A DNA stretch of 64,000 bases from Marsupella aquatica (Eukaryota; Plantae; Marchantiophyta): contig OZ316898.1 of assembly GCA_973895155.1 (NCBI GenBank), positions 1,337,827-1,401,826 on the forward strand, read 5' to 3'. Under the pieces are notes generated by a model. It was not told the origin of the DNA and ran no database searches. It saw nothing but the letters and a program-made list of their open reading frames with translations. The number at the start of each line of letters is the position of its first letter. Position 1 is the stretch's first letter. Shown here piece by piece: positions 38,107-50,678 of the stretch. The translations under genes were made by a program, and so were the position numbers.

Positions 38107-38462
38107 AAAAGGCGTAAGAGAAACAATCGTACTGAAATCGAATCAAAAACCGGGGGGATGCCAAGATCGGCCGGGAGCATCTAACGAATCACTGTGTGAA
38201 TCCCGTGTACGGAACCAACGAGCACTGTCTGAGCTCTGTCAACAGCGATTCAAGAAGAACTAAAAACCCACAAAGAAAGACATGCCCTAAGCAAGCAAAG
38301 TCCCGGCGTCACACTAACAAGCACATTTGCTTCAAGAACGGCCCAGACTTGCTACAAGAACATGTCGCTAACTCAGGTAGTACACTAGCCCTAACTACAT
38401 ACCTAGCGGGCAGGCGAGGGACATGCCGATGTGCATAAGAGGCACTGTCCCTCGGCATGACA
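38105..38462 (-). repeat. Repeat A1 (358 bp), 5' terminus of the element
   Basis: Matches 28034-28387 and begins TGTCATG on the sense strand. No B copy is adjacent. Confidence 0.95.
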
Positions 38463-39119
38463 CCATGCATACCTTGAAAGTAACCCCTTTTCCAGGTCCC
38501 GGTTCCAAGTTTTACTAGTGCAATGTCCCGAAGACAAACCTTAGTAGCATTAGTAACGCTATAGGCTCCTCATAACAATCACAATGAACAGCGATCGATA
38601 AATCACAATGTCGATCAGGTGAATGCCAACTCCAGAAAGAAGATTGCTTATAAGAGCCGTGGGATAGACTCAACGTCGGACATTTTATGATCATCTCAGT
38701 CTTATTCTATTGGAGGACTCAAGGAGATAGTGGACATTCTAAGTCAAAGTGCAGCGATTGCTCTCCTCTCCAAGTTTCTGAACACTGAATCCTATCTACC
38801 GTATGCAGATCATAACGTATATAAACAAGGTATACCTCAACGAATAATAAATAGATGTTAATAGTTTTTCAACCTTTTCCATGTAGAATACTTTTTGATA
38901 TTTGAGGTCAATTTGCTTGTGCATGCATGTACCTTTCAATTTCATTCTTGACATAATTCAACTAGAATGCATCACTGCATCAAAATGCAATTAGAATCGG
39001 ACACAAGTTATCTGAAACATCCACTTTTGATTGGCTCTCACCCTAAATGACAAAATAGCAGAAAAGGATATATTTCTTGGATTTCCAATTTTATTCTCAC
39101 ACATGCATCGTGGCAAAAT

Positions 39120-39260
39120 TATATAGTTTTGAAATTGAAGCGATAAATTTATCTGATGTTGGTATTGCAAAAGTGGTTCCTTCATATGGAAGTTGCAATT
39201 TTGAAATTGAAGCGATAAATTTATCTGATGTTGGTATTGCGAAAAGTTTTCTTCATATGG
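39120..39260. repeat. ~71-bp tandem duplication
   Basis: ttttgaaattgaagcgataaatttatctgatgttggtattgc...cttcatatgga x2. Confidence 0.85.
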
Positions 39261-39309
39261 ATGGGAATTTTGAAATTTAACCGATGAACCGAAGGATCTT
39301 AGTATTGTC

Positions 39310-40077
39310 GACTAGTATTTTTGTCGCCCGTAGTTTTCGCAATAATTTTATCGGACTGCGCATTGCTGTTGAAAGAATGGCATGTTGACTATGGTCACTT
39401 GCGGAGGTAACTGGTCAATTGCGGAGGTAACTGCAAGGTAAGTTTGACGAACCGTGCAGTAATTCTTATCGACTGTGATGTAAAATATTTTTGGTAAATA
39501 TCCAAAAACTGAGAAAACTGAGATTGGGTCGGAGCTTTCGTGGCTCAAATCCGGAGTTCGATACAATTATCGCACTTGGCTTGAAACGTGGATATGGATT
39601 TATAGATAAGACCTTTCATATATCTTCGGAGAGCGTGAATATGAGGTTGAGGAGAAAGTTTTTTGGATCTAATTGTTCCTTGATAATATGAATGTTTGTT
39701 AGCATGAATTTCATTGGTTTTGATCATTATTAAATTTGCTGTTTCAATCCGAACTCCGATACGAATTACATTATTTCCCCAAAAACGTGTTTTTGATGAA
39801 AAAAACTGCCGATTTCGCGAGATTCGGCGGAAAATGAAAATACACTTCTCGTTTAGAGGAAATAGTTCTCGTTCGGTCCAAAATCGTGATCAGTAACGGA
39901 TGTACCAATATTTTCAGCAACGGAAAGTCCGATGGATGTCCGATTGTCGATATCCGATGGGTGAAGTATGGGAAAGTGCGAAGTAAATGACATCGGACGC
40001 CTCATTTTTCCGCGTCAAAATTTCTGAAGGGGTCCGATGTTGTTAGGATCGGAAAAAGGGCCGAAAATGTACTAGTG
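39310..40077. mobile_element. Possible non-autonomous CACTA element
   Basis: Right end ...aaaatgtactagtg (reverse complement CACTAGTAC) and left end gactagtatttt. tccgat / atcgga subterminal repeats. No clear 3-bp TSD. Confidence 0.4.
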
Positions 40078-43018
40078 TTGCAAGTTGAAGGAATCCATCA
40101 ATCCCATCAAACGTCTGAAATTAAACAAGATTGTACTTACACATCTGCTTAGTCGACTCGAATGAAATCTGAACAGGAGATTTAGTAAGTCCAATTTGGG
40201 GGCATTGTGTTATCCAATCTGTGTTAGGGAAAGATGTGTGAGGAAGAAATGTGGACCTATGAGATTGCAAACGAAGTCAATTCCAGTAATAAATGCAAGT
40301 AGCAGTCCCTCCAAATTGCAGCTATGGTGTCTCAGTAATCTTGTCACAATTCCCTCTTAAACTCCACTCTAAATCATAAGTGAGATCTTGAATGAATTCA
40401 AAAGCCACAGTTCTGATATGATACAAAAACTCAGGGGACAAACCACAAAGGCCGGTGGATCATTACCAAAATACAGAGTAAAAGAACAAGACCTCTTTTG
40501 CAACATGGCAGCTATGATTCCTGAATCTGTCCCAAGATTAGGATCTGTTTGGCACCCAAACATGCTAAAATTTTCTCCTCAAGGTTAGAACTAAATGGGT
40601 AGATTGGCTTTAGGATAGTGATAGCGAAACAAAATTATTAGAATCTGAATTAAATGTGTCACACCGCTCATTTCAAACCAAGAATGACATTTTGGAATAA
40701 AGTTTGTCTTGGTTTCCCACTTGTTGCCAATAAGTGCAGGGGGAACTTCAAATCCGAAGACTGCATAATTCTGATGTGCCCATAATTGTCAATTTTCTCT
40801 TTTTTTTGTTGATGTGAAGAGCACAGAGCCCCAAAACATTCAAACGACTACATGTGCAACTCAAGTACTAGGCATGGCTTCCCTTACTAGTATTGGGCAA
40901 AGTTCACAGAAACTATGTTATAATTGAAGGCTACTGCAAAAGTCTAAGGTCAAAGAAATGAAAGCAAAGCAGTGTCAGTATGATAATTGCACATAACTAT
41001 GCAACTTACTTGACTTCATGGATGCTAAGTTGACTTAGTTTGTGTAAGATAGATGCTTCAATAATTTCTAATTGTCTCAGGCTAAATTGACATCTGATGG
41101 TGCCAAATATGTAGTTTGAATTGAAACATAGAATAGTTTGCACTCACTCACTCTTCATCTAGCCGAAGCAAAATCCAGCCAGATTGTCGCCAAATCACAT
41201 AAGAATGATCATGAGATTCCCATACTGCTGAACATTATGTTGAGTGGCTGGAGGAATTCTACACATACTTATTGTGAATGATGCTTACATTCTCAATAAT
41301 TAACCTCAGGACACCTCTTTCACTCTCACCCTGCCTGGCCTGGCCTAGCACTTCATGACCCGATCGGCAGGTTTTTACATCATCCTAAAAATCTGGCACC
41401 AAATCCAATGACTGGCCGAGATTTATGAACGGAATGAAACTGCCAACAAGCTTGAAATCTATCAACTTCAGTGAAGAGACAACCAACTTTGTCGTACCAA
41501 TGGTATCCAACTTGCTATGGGAACCCAGAATCAAGAGGGCCAGTGATCACATCTCTGCAAAAATATCAGAAATGGTTCCTTGTCCAAATAGTTTGCCATC
41601 GCACCACACAAGGTATCCTACTTATTTCAAAATTTGTAGGAGATTTATCAATTAGTCAGACCTTTCTTCTTCCTAAATTTGAGCAATCCTTTAGATAGAA
41701 ATACCACTAATTAAATGACTGTACTTCCTGCCTGCATTCACTGCTGATTAGTTATAGATGACTGCATATTGAGATCTAATTCCTTGAAAATTTCTTGAAT
41801 GACATGAGGAGTATCATAGGTCTCCATTGCCTAAACCTAATTAGCCATAACAAGAATTTAAGTTCTAGAGTTTTCAATGGGGTCAATCAATCAAACTTGG
41901 GTTCTGTGGAATGCAATGCCACTCATATATCAGAATTTAGGATATTTAATGAAATCGGTGCAATTTAGGGGAAGGCTAAAGCTTCACCAAGTTGCTGATG
42001 TGAGCAAACTGGAGGCAACAAAAATGTGTGGTATTCAACCAAGGGTCACAGTAGGTGGTGTGAATTATAGCCAAGGGCCTTTGTTCCACCTATGACTTCT
42101 TCTCGGCAAAGCTCAAACTGATCCTTGTCAATCAATTGAGTTCCTTGGGGTATGAATTGTCCTCAACTCAGCAGCTGCATGAGTTCAGATCGAACATCTG
42201 ATTCTTAGTATCTAGAATTCACTCTTAATTACGAAACCATGAGCTAAAACACTGCAATGAAGACTTCCTTCTGTCTTAATTTGAATGTGCAACCACAAAT
42301 TTGATGTTCCTGGATGTGGCAAACTCTTAAACTTGTGACAAAGGCCTAAGTCGGGACAAAATTAAGGCCCAACAAATGATGGGAGGGCATCCAGAGGGAA
42401 ATTTGACGAATGAAAGAAAGAAAGTTGTGGTAGTTCATTCATCGCTTGAGTGTTAACATGATTGTCTGAGATAGCCATAACGAATTCAAGTTGATGTCAA
42501 GTTCATATTTTGTACAAAATCTTTGAATATATTTCCAGAATATTTTCAGCACCCAATGAAAATTCTGCTGGGCAATTTCAGATTGTGATAAATTGCCAGC
42601 AACAACCTTTGTTCATTTTTCTACTTAGTCCCACCACCCCAATACATAATTGCATGGATTGCACGGATACTTTTTGAGGTGATATTTGTAGCTTGTGAAG
42701 GGACAAGCTAGAAATTTGAACATATGTACTTACACTCTACATGTGAACGAGAGAAAAAAAATTCTTGGGTGAAATGCTTTTAGTCAGTCTTACTTTGCTT
42801 TGGTTGGAATGGGGTAAAATTATAGACGACATCTTCTGTACACAGACATTGTACCTCTAACTATTATCCAGGCATAATGTGCTACCAAAATGTGTCACTC
42901 TCTGAATTGTTCCACACCTAAGTTTGACCAGGATCTAAAGGGAACCATTGAGGCTTCAAAATAGCAGCTTAAGATCAAGCAAGAGTCATTCAATCTCCTT
43001 TTATCAGAGTTGCCAACC

Positions 43019-46000
43019 ATGGCGGGCGACGCAGCATGGTTCAATCCTGTGGTGCTAAATCCAGATGCTTTGCCGGCTTTAGTGCACCCTCTCCCAATGG
43101 ATCACCCAGAAAGGGTGGACTATGTGGTTGATGAGGCACCATTTGCAATTCACGATGAGTTCTTGGCTGGCCCTAAACGAGACTTTCCACGCAATCTCAC
43201 CAATGTGGACATACAAGGATCTCAACCAAAATGGCACATCAAAGATCCATTGGATCCCATGGTGAATTCTCCTATTTATACTCTCTTTGTATTCCAACTC
43301 AGACGCCACTAACAGTCAGCTATACAATAAGCAAGACCATCAAGAGCTAGATTGATGTACTCGTGTCAAGGAAGTGTCATTTAGTATTGATACTTCATGT
43401 ATGTATTGCATGGCTGTATCACTCAGCTCCTATCATCCTTTGATTGATATTGGACGTGTAATTAATAAATTAATATCCAGACTATAATAGGTGACATGAT
43501 CAGATAATATCTATTCACATAATCTATATAGTAAGATCAGTGAATATTAGCCTAGTGAAAGTCGACAATATCTTTACATGCTTGACTGATAAAACATAAT
43601 CTGGGATCGAGGTTATCCACACTGGAAACCTTGGAGTTTGGTGTACAATAAATTGAAACCAGATTTATTAATTTGGTGCTCTTTATGTTCTTGACTAATC
43701 AAGGCCCGCCTTTATAATTATGACGTGATCTTAATAGAAGGCCTTACAAGATTCTACATGTTTAGTATATTTGATAGAGATGATCTATGAGATTGGAGTT
43801 GATGGAAAATGTTTGACCATACTATTTGCAGACGCTACTCAAGCCATTTCCAGAAGTTTGGTTGGGTGGTGTACCAAACAGAAATTTGAAACCCTCGAGG
43901 AACCTCTTGACCAATCGACATGTCAACCCTATTGATCCTGTTTATCAATTGCCTTCCGGACCATGTATACTTCCTGCTGGCAATGCAGATGTAAACCTCT
44001 ATTGTAAAACTAACTTGTATTAAACAAATATCAATGTAATGGTGTACATTGGTCTGGGAGAGTTACTTAGCAAATCTCATTTATGTCACAATCATGTTAC
44101 AAGTTGCTATGATATATCCTTTTGAGGATGAGCTACTAGTGCATACACAATAATCCAAGTAAATGTCCTTCAGCTAAAAAGGAATTTTAATATTTAATTT
44201 TTTGATTTGGAAATCCAAATTTTATTAAATAAATAAATAACATTTAACAGGGCATTTTTTAAGAGGACAATTTGATTCATACACTTGGTGAACTTCTTCA
44301 CTCTCCTAAATTAATATACTCATTGTTATCCTTCAAGCTCAAATTACAATTGCCAGGGACATCATATTTTTCTTTGCTTGTGACAGTTCTTTAGTAATAG
44401 AGTCACCAATCAGACCTATTGTGGAGACATTGTTGGTGCCTGTCCTGCACCCCTGTTCAAACGACCCATCAGAGAATGCTACATGCAAGAAGGGGACATT
44501 GATCAAAGGACACGACCTGCCAAGCTTACTCGAGAGTATGCTACTACTTGTGTCCTACTAACAGCTTCATTCAATCCTATAAACCTGACACTACAATAGG
44601 GCCTCTGTAAAAGGCAGGCATTCTTGCTCAATTATATTAACCAGAAAATCTGAATAGGACCTACTAATCTCAAAGAAGAAAACTGAGCTGAATCAGAAAT
44701 TAAATGAATCTTTGTTCATGCTTTACAGTAAGTTTAGTTTTTTAGTTTCATGCATTTAATTTAGAGTGGTTTGCAAGCAGAAGGGTAAGATGCATCTATG
44801 GAGGATCTTTAGATTCCTGGGATTGCAATATTGGGAAGAAGACCTTTGGTTTCATAAGATATCCTCAAAGTAATCCAGTGGAGCCATTCTATGCCACTGA
44901 AATCCATGAAACTCCACAAATGAGTAAGCGCTTTTATTCATTTTCTTGAAGCAACTTACTAAATGTAGTGAGTACTTGAAGGAACTTACTAGTTATGATG
45001 TTTAATCTCTTGAATATTTTTGGATCAAATCTTCTCTTCCAATGTGATGGATCCCATTCACAATGCTATGTACAGAACTGAAAACTAAGGTAGCATCTGA
45101 TCATAAGTTATTGTAGCATGACCTACATAGAAGAGACTTGCATCATTAAGTAATCAGACTTGCATCACTACAGATATGGCCCTGCTGGTAATCACACATC
45201 AAAATGTGACTGCATTCATTGATTGAAAGAAAAAAACTAGGATTATCACGGTATGCAGGGGTGCCGTACATAGTATATGTCATATTTTGATGTGCAATTA
45301 CCGAGACCCCAGATATGGCATGTCAAATGTTACAGTAGGTAAGACTGCATGTGGCACAGTAAGACTGTAACTCTCTATATATATAGTCAATCATGTCAAG
45401 ACCTGATTTATTATGTTGCTACTATGCTGGAGTCGCTGGTGTCCCTGGACAAAACACGTACAGTATCTGTTAGGATATGATGTTTATATACACTCAGGTT
45501 TCTCTCCTTGAAGGCTTTCATGCCTTTGGGATCTTGTTTCCCCTGGCATTTTTTGTTCTATAACACTTTGCTACAGAAAAAGGTGACCATGAGTCCGAAG
45601 ATTTTCATCACTACAGTATATGACATGGACTTGCAAGTTGTGGAAACTTAGTACATCTGGACTATGGTAATGCAGAGTACAAGAGACTGAAAAAGAGGGT
45701 GCTGCCCCCGCACAAGCCAAAATGGAATATTGCTGAGAGAGTCCTTGATTCAGTAAGTACATCATGCCTGCTCTCAAGAATTACCTTTAGAAAACTAACT
45801 GGATGAAAGTGATTGCAATATTAATGCTGTTCATTTTAATGCCACCTAACATTATTTTTTGGGTCATGGGGTGCAGATGTACTTCAGGGCAGAGCTTCTC
45901 CCTGATGCATGTAGAAGACATGGTGGTGAAACTATACCATTCACAGTAAGCGAGTTTGAGACCATTGTGTTCATTGCTAAATCTAGCCAAAGCCCTAGCT

Positions 46001-49000
46001 AGATCCCAATTACAACGTTACAAATGCCATGCACGTCTCAAACATCAATGATAGAATAGATGAGGATATTTTAGAAGAAAGTTTTTCCCATGATAACAAA
46101 GTGGTCATTCTGGTTTTGGGGGAAGTGTTAAGAAGATAGATTGCAGTCTGCACATGTTTCTTGCAATGCCCATTTCAAGTAAAAATAATTATGTCATCAT
46201 AATTCCTTAGTAGGTTTGTACATGCATTTTGTATTGCTGCCTAAATTGGTACACTAACAAGATTTCAATGGAATCTCATTTTAATGATTGTGCCATTAAA
46301 GTGGATCTAAAGCGAGATCTAAAGTAGCACTCTGACATTATGTTCATGAATATCAAATGTTTTATTGTCGCAGGGGGATGTAAATTATGAAGGTTTACGA
46401 AAAACCTTGGAGACTTTTGGGCTGAAATTTACAGATGTAGAGTACAGTAGGCTTTTGCGAGTTGTAGACAAGGAGGGTCGAGGAAAAGTGAGGTTTGTCC
46501 GTTTTTCCTAAACACTCCCCATGTGAGCAGCATTCAGGGTTTCTCTTTGCCTTGAAATCCAGACAAGTTTGGGGACACATCTACCACCAACTCAATGTAC
46601 ACGTTTCTAGATAATTGTAGGCATAGTTCAATTGATTATATGAAAGACGCACTAATTGCAATTTTTCAATATTACATGCTTGTACAGGTCAAGAATACAT
46701 CTAGGGAACCATTGTCAACAAGAGTAATTCAGGAACATTACTGTTCTACTTCCATTGTTCCATAAGATAGTTACTTGCTAGATCTAATGGTCCTCCTTAA
46801 ATCTAGAAGATCTGATGGTTCAGAAACATCTGTCAGTAGAACAATAAGCAAATTAATCTCCCTCCCCTGCCAGCGGAGGAATCTTCACTTTACCTTCTTC
46901 AAAAATCTATAAATAAAAAGGCTGTTGGAGAAATGGCCAATCTTCTGGGGTATTAGACATATATGCATTCTCTTACAATTTCTGAGCTGTTTTCTGTGCC
47001 CATTAATTGTGCAGATATCGAGACCTTGCAAATTCCTTGAGGCATTGTGATGGGTAGATTTCATTCACTCTTTGCCTTCTCCAAGATCTGTGTTTGCTTA
47101 CTTGGCCTTGATTGCCTGTAGCCATGAAGTTCATGCCAAGCACCAGTTAGTACCACCATCAAAGACTGCAGAAAAAGTGATTAAAAATAATAGTTGCAAG
47201 GAATTTATATTCTATGGGCATGCAAGTTCTTCTCTAAGTTTGAAGCAAAGGTTGAGATTGTCCACCTGGATCCAGTAAGTAGAGTAAGCTTTCAACAGCC
47301 ATGCAAATGGCATTATAACGCTAGAAAATGAGATGTGAGTGGTTTCTCTCTAGCTGATGCATGTCATTTCAACCATTAATTCCTCAGTCTGACTGCCAGC
47401 CATGTCATATTATTTATATAACATATATTGTTATCCCGATTGTTATCCTTGGATGTGTTGAACAGGCTAGAGTTAGATGTGGCAACTGAACTTTGTAATG
47501 GCTTGGGAGTAAATTGGGGACACGCTAAATATGCTGCCCAAAAGCCTGCTTGTATGGGCCAAAGTTGTGCTGTTGTTTTGGATGAAGTGAAGAGGGGCCC
47601 AAAGAAGGTTGTGTGGTATGTCCGACTACCTTCTAAGAAGATATGATTTTTTAGAGAGCTTGTGGTAGCAGTAAATTTGGTTATGTTTGCCACCAGTGGA
47701 TAAGGAAATAATATTCGTCATAGTATGATTTGATCAAACTGTCTTCTGATTCCAAATGTTGGGACCAATCAAAGCTCAGAAAGTAAGGAATCTCAGTCTA
47801 TATATATATATATATATGGAGCTCATGCACTGTAAATGACTCTCTAACTAATTAAATGAGCCTCAGCAAGACATTATGCTCTAATTTCCATGGCCTAGTC
47901 AATCTCCTAAATGTGTGCTCAATCGGGAACATTTGGATGGCTTGTAATCAAAACAAAAAAATTCCCTACAGGTACCCGTGGCCTTACTTTGTGTTTATGG
48001 GTAATAAAATGATACCATTTAAGAATTTCCTCCAAGCTTTTAAGAAGTTCCCTCCTCAGTTAACTCTCCATACAATTGTTTCTTGTGAACTCCCACTTTC
48101 TACCACTCAAAGTTGCAAATAATTATAGAAGATAATTAAGGAACATTTTAATATAATGCTCATGTGATCAAAATTTCAGGTCAGACAATGAACAGATGTA
48201 TAACCCTTTCACTGGCTTACTTCTTCCATACCAGAGGCCTGCAAAAATGTCCACAAACAATTCATTTGCTTACAAGTAAGTATCGAGCTCCATGTTAAAC
48301 ACCCTTGAGATAATAAAAGTTGTTACCGTTATGGTAGCATTGACATTAACATGCTCCTAGATTAAGCTCAAGATAAGTGTACTCATTAACTTGAATGCCT
48401 GATCTTTGCCAAAAATAGATGGTGAGTAGCATCATGCCAGGTTCCAATTCTATCCCAACTGTAGCTTCTGAGTCAAAGTCTAGTTTAGGCGTCACTCTAG
48501 ACCTAGGCTCTTACCCTAGTTAGCTTTTGATTGGGTTTCTTGATATAGGTAACGTCCAATCTTCCAGCCAAATGCTAAATTTATGGAATTTCCTGATTCA
48601 CACCATTATTGAAAGCCCAAGTCATTTCTCAACATGATATCTTGCTAAATGCCCTTTCGTAGTCAGACAAGCCCCCATATATACTAGAAATTGTATCAAC
48701 CCTCAAGATACTTTCTGTCAAAGACTATCCTATGTCACCTAGGTCCATATTAATTCCGCAACATATCTGTTGAGTTCATGTGAGAATTATAGTATATATA
48801 GACTTAGGATATATATAGTGGGATTTTCTGCAGCTTGAAAGAGAGTCAGAGCATTGTGCACAATATATAATTATAGTATACTCACAAGGACATGACATTT
48901 TGCTGCTTTGCAAACTTTGCTTCTCAGCTTGAATGAGGTCATGGCAGCAAAGGCAATCAGGGACAAGGACAAGGACCTCTATATTCCAGGAGCTTACCTT

Positions 49001-50678
49001 CCAAGGAAATCAATTCCAACAACTCATTCATGTGCAATATCAGATGCTTGCACTTTGCCACATGTTTTCATGGAAGGGACTTCACCTGAAGCTGCTTCTT
49101 CATATCAACATGATCTCTATGCACTTGGGATGTCACCAAAGGGAGCTGCACCAATTCCTGACAAACCGCCCACTACGGAATATGTTCCTTTTGCAAGTGA
49201 AGGGCGTGGTCATCAACATTTACCTGGTGAAGGGCACAGTCATCAACATGCTGCGGGTGAAGGGCATCAACATGGACCTGGTGAAGGGCATCAAGCTGCA
49301 GCTGGTGAAGGGTTTAAGGCAGTTTCTTTCCAGGTTCTACCCCAACTACCTGTTGTTGAGAATGACGGGTCATTTCACTCACTGGGGAATTTTCTGATCC
49401 TCCTATGCTTGTCATTGTCTGTTTTCCTTTCTTGGTAGAATCTGTAATATTACCTTTCCATTAATTTTCACATGAATGAGAATTAATCAAAAGGGCTATC
49501 ATGTTTATGCACTTGTGATAACCGGCCAGTTGATAAGGTAATACATATTTTCCCCAGCATAGAAAATTATTTTCTAGAACTTTGAAGGTTCTCTCATTTT
49601 GAAATCTCTACCCTTTGGCTTCAATGCTCATATCTACTAAAAGTCTTTAGAACCATTCTCTTTGGTGTTAAATTGGACCAACCTGATAGATACCTGGGCC
49701 CCCTGCTCCTAAATATGTTGGAGAGAAAGCAATGTTGATAGACTCCGCAAAGGGGGTGGGCCAAGTTGTAAGGAAGGCCTCCTTGGAAGGACGGAAGCTC
49801 TCTGAAGGTTTTATCAAGATGCCTTCCCTTACTGAGTAAGTTCACCATAGTCACCTGTCAAGGTAGCTCTAAGCTCAATATCCATTTGCTACTAGAAGCG
49901 TAATTATGCACACTATGATTCACGGCTTATGATCAATCAACCAGGACTAGTTATCCTTGCATGGCCAAAGTTAAACTCACACAACTAACAATTGAAACAA
50001 ATACAGCACAACTTCATCTGGTTAGAGGTAGTGGACTATATACAATAAATTCCAATCTCGTATAATTGAGCACCAGAAGCATATATACTACATACACAGA
50101 AGTTGGAGCCTGACATGCAAAGTGTAAGAAAAAATCCTTCACAATTATGAGCTTCTAATCTAGATGAATGAGTTTTGGTAGCTTGAGGTACACCAACGCA
50201 AAATTGAACACTCCAGCTATATATATACACCCCTCCCCACTATTGGTTTTAGCATCTGTGTGAGTGGAAAACTAGTGTCACTAACAATAAGAGGCTGATG
50301 AATATGTCTTTTCTACACTAATTCATTCATTGTTTAGAATGCATGAATCTTCTTATTAGGTTGACACTAATTCATGGATGTAGCAAACAACATGGCCGAC
50401 AATTTACTTCACCAAAATTAGACTAAGTTACACAGTTCATGGATGTGAACAGTGTAGCCTTCATGAAATTTGTCATCAATGCTAGCTCATGTGTTTTCCA
50501 CCTTTGCAGAATTCATTCAGTGCCAATTCCAGTGAACAACGCATCAGGCCAAGATGTCTTATGGAGGCGTGTTGAACCTCAAAGGCCAAGACTCCCATAC
50601 ATGTCTTATAAGGATCGCATTCAAGTTGAACATAAGTCTGCCGATGTCAGCCTTGTGAAAAGTTTAATTCTTCCCTGA
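43019..50678 (+). CDS. Multi-exon gene for an uncharacterised protein with DIxGxxP / NPxxPxY repeats and an EF-hand-like region (possibly flagellar-associated)
   Basis: Phase-compatible GT-AG exons: 43019-43261, 43832-43990, 44387-44535, 44781-44923, ~45677-45752, ~45877-45945, ~46374-46487 (GDVNYEGLRKTLETFGLKFTDVEYSRLLRVVDKEGRGK), ~48180-48275, ~48928-49333, and ~50510-50678 ending ADVSLVKSLILP*. Some internal exons are unresolved. Confidence 0.65.

Larger units (their letters stand above)
27858..38462 (-). mobile_element. Ty3/gypsy-like retroelement with DNA methyltransferase and PHD finger, bounded by split direct repeats (A1-ORFs-B1-A2-B2); decayed copy
   Basis: Ends TGTCGTG...CATGACA. 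4-bp TSD CCAT at 27854-27857 and 38463-38466. Gypsy domain order PR-RT-RH-IN. Several stops and frameshifts. Confidence 0.93.

Noticed and set aside
27858-38462. DIRS/Ngaro/PAT tyrosine-recombinase element, suggested by the split repeats
   Set aside because: No YR ORF is visible. A DDE integrase, an aspartic protease, TG...CA ends and a TSD are all present, and the methyltransferase is C5-cytosine type.
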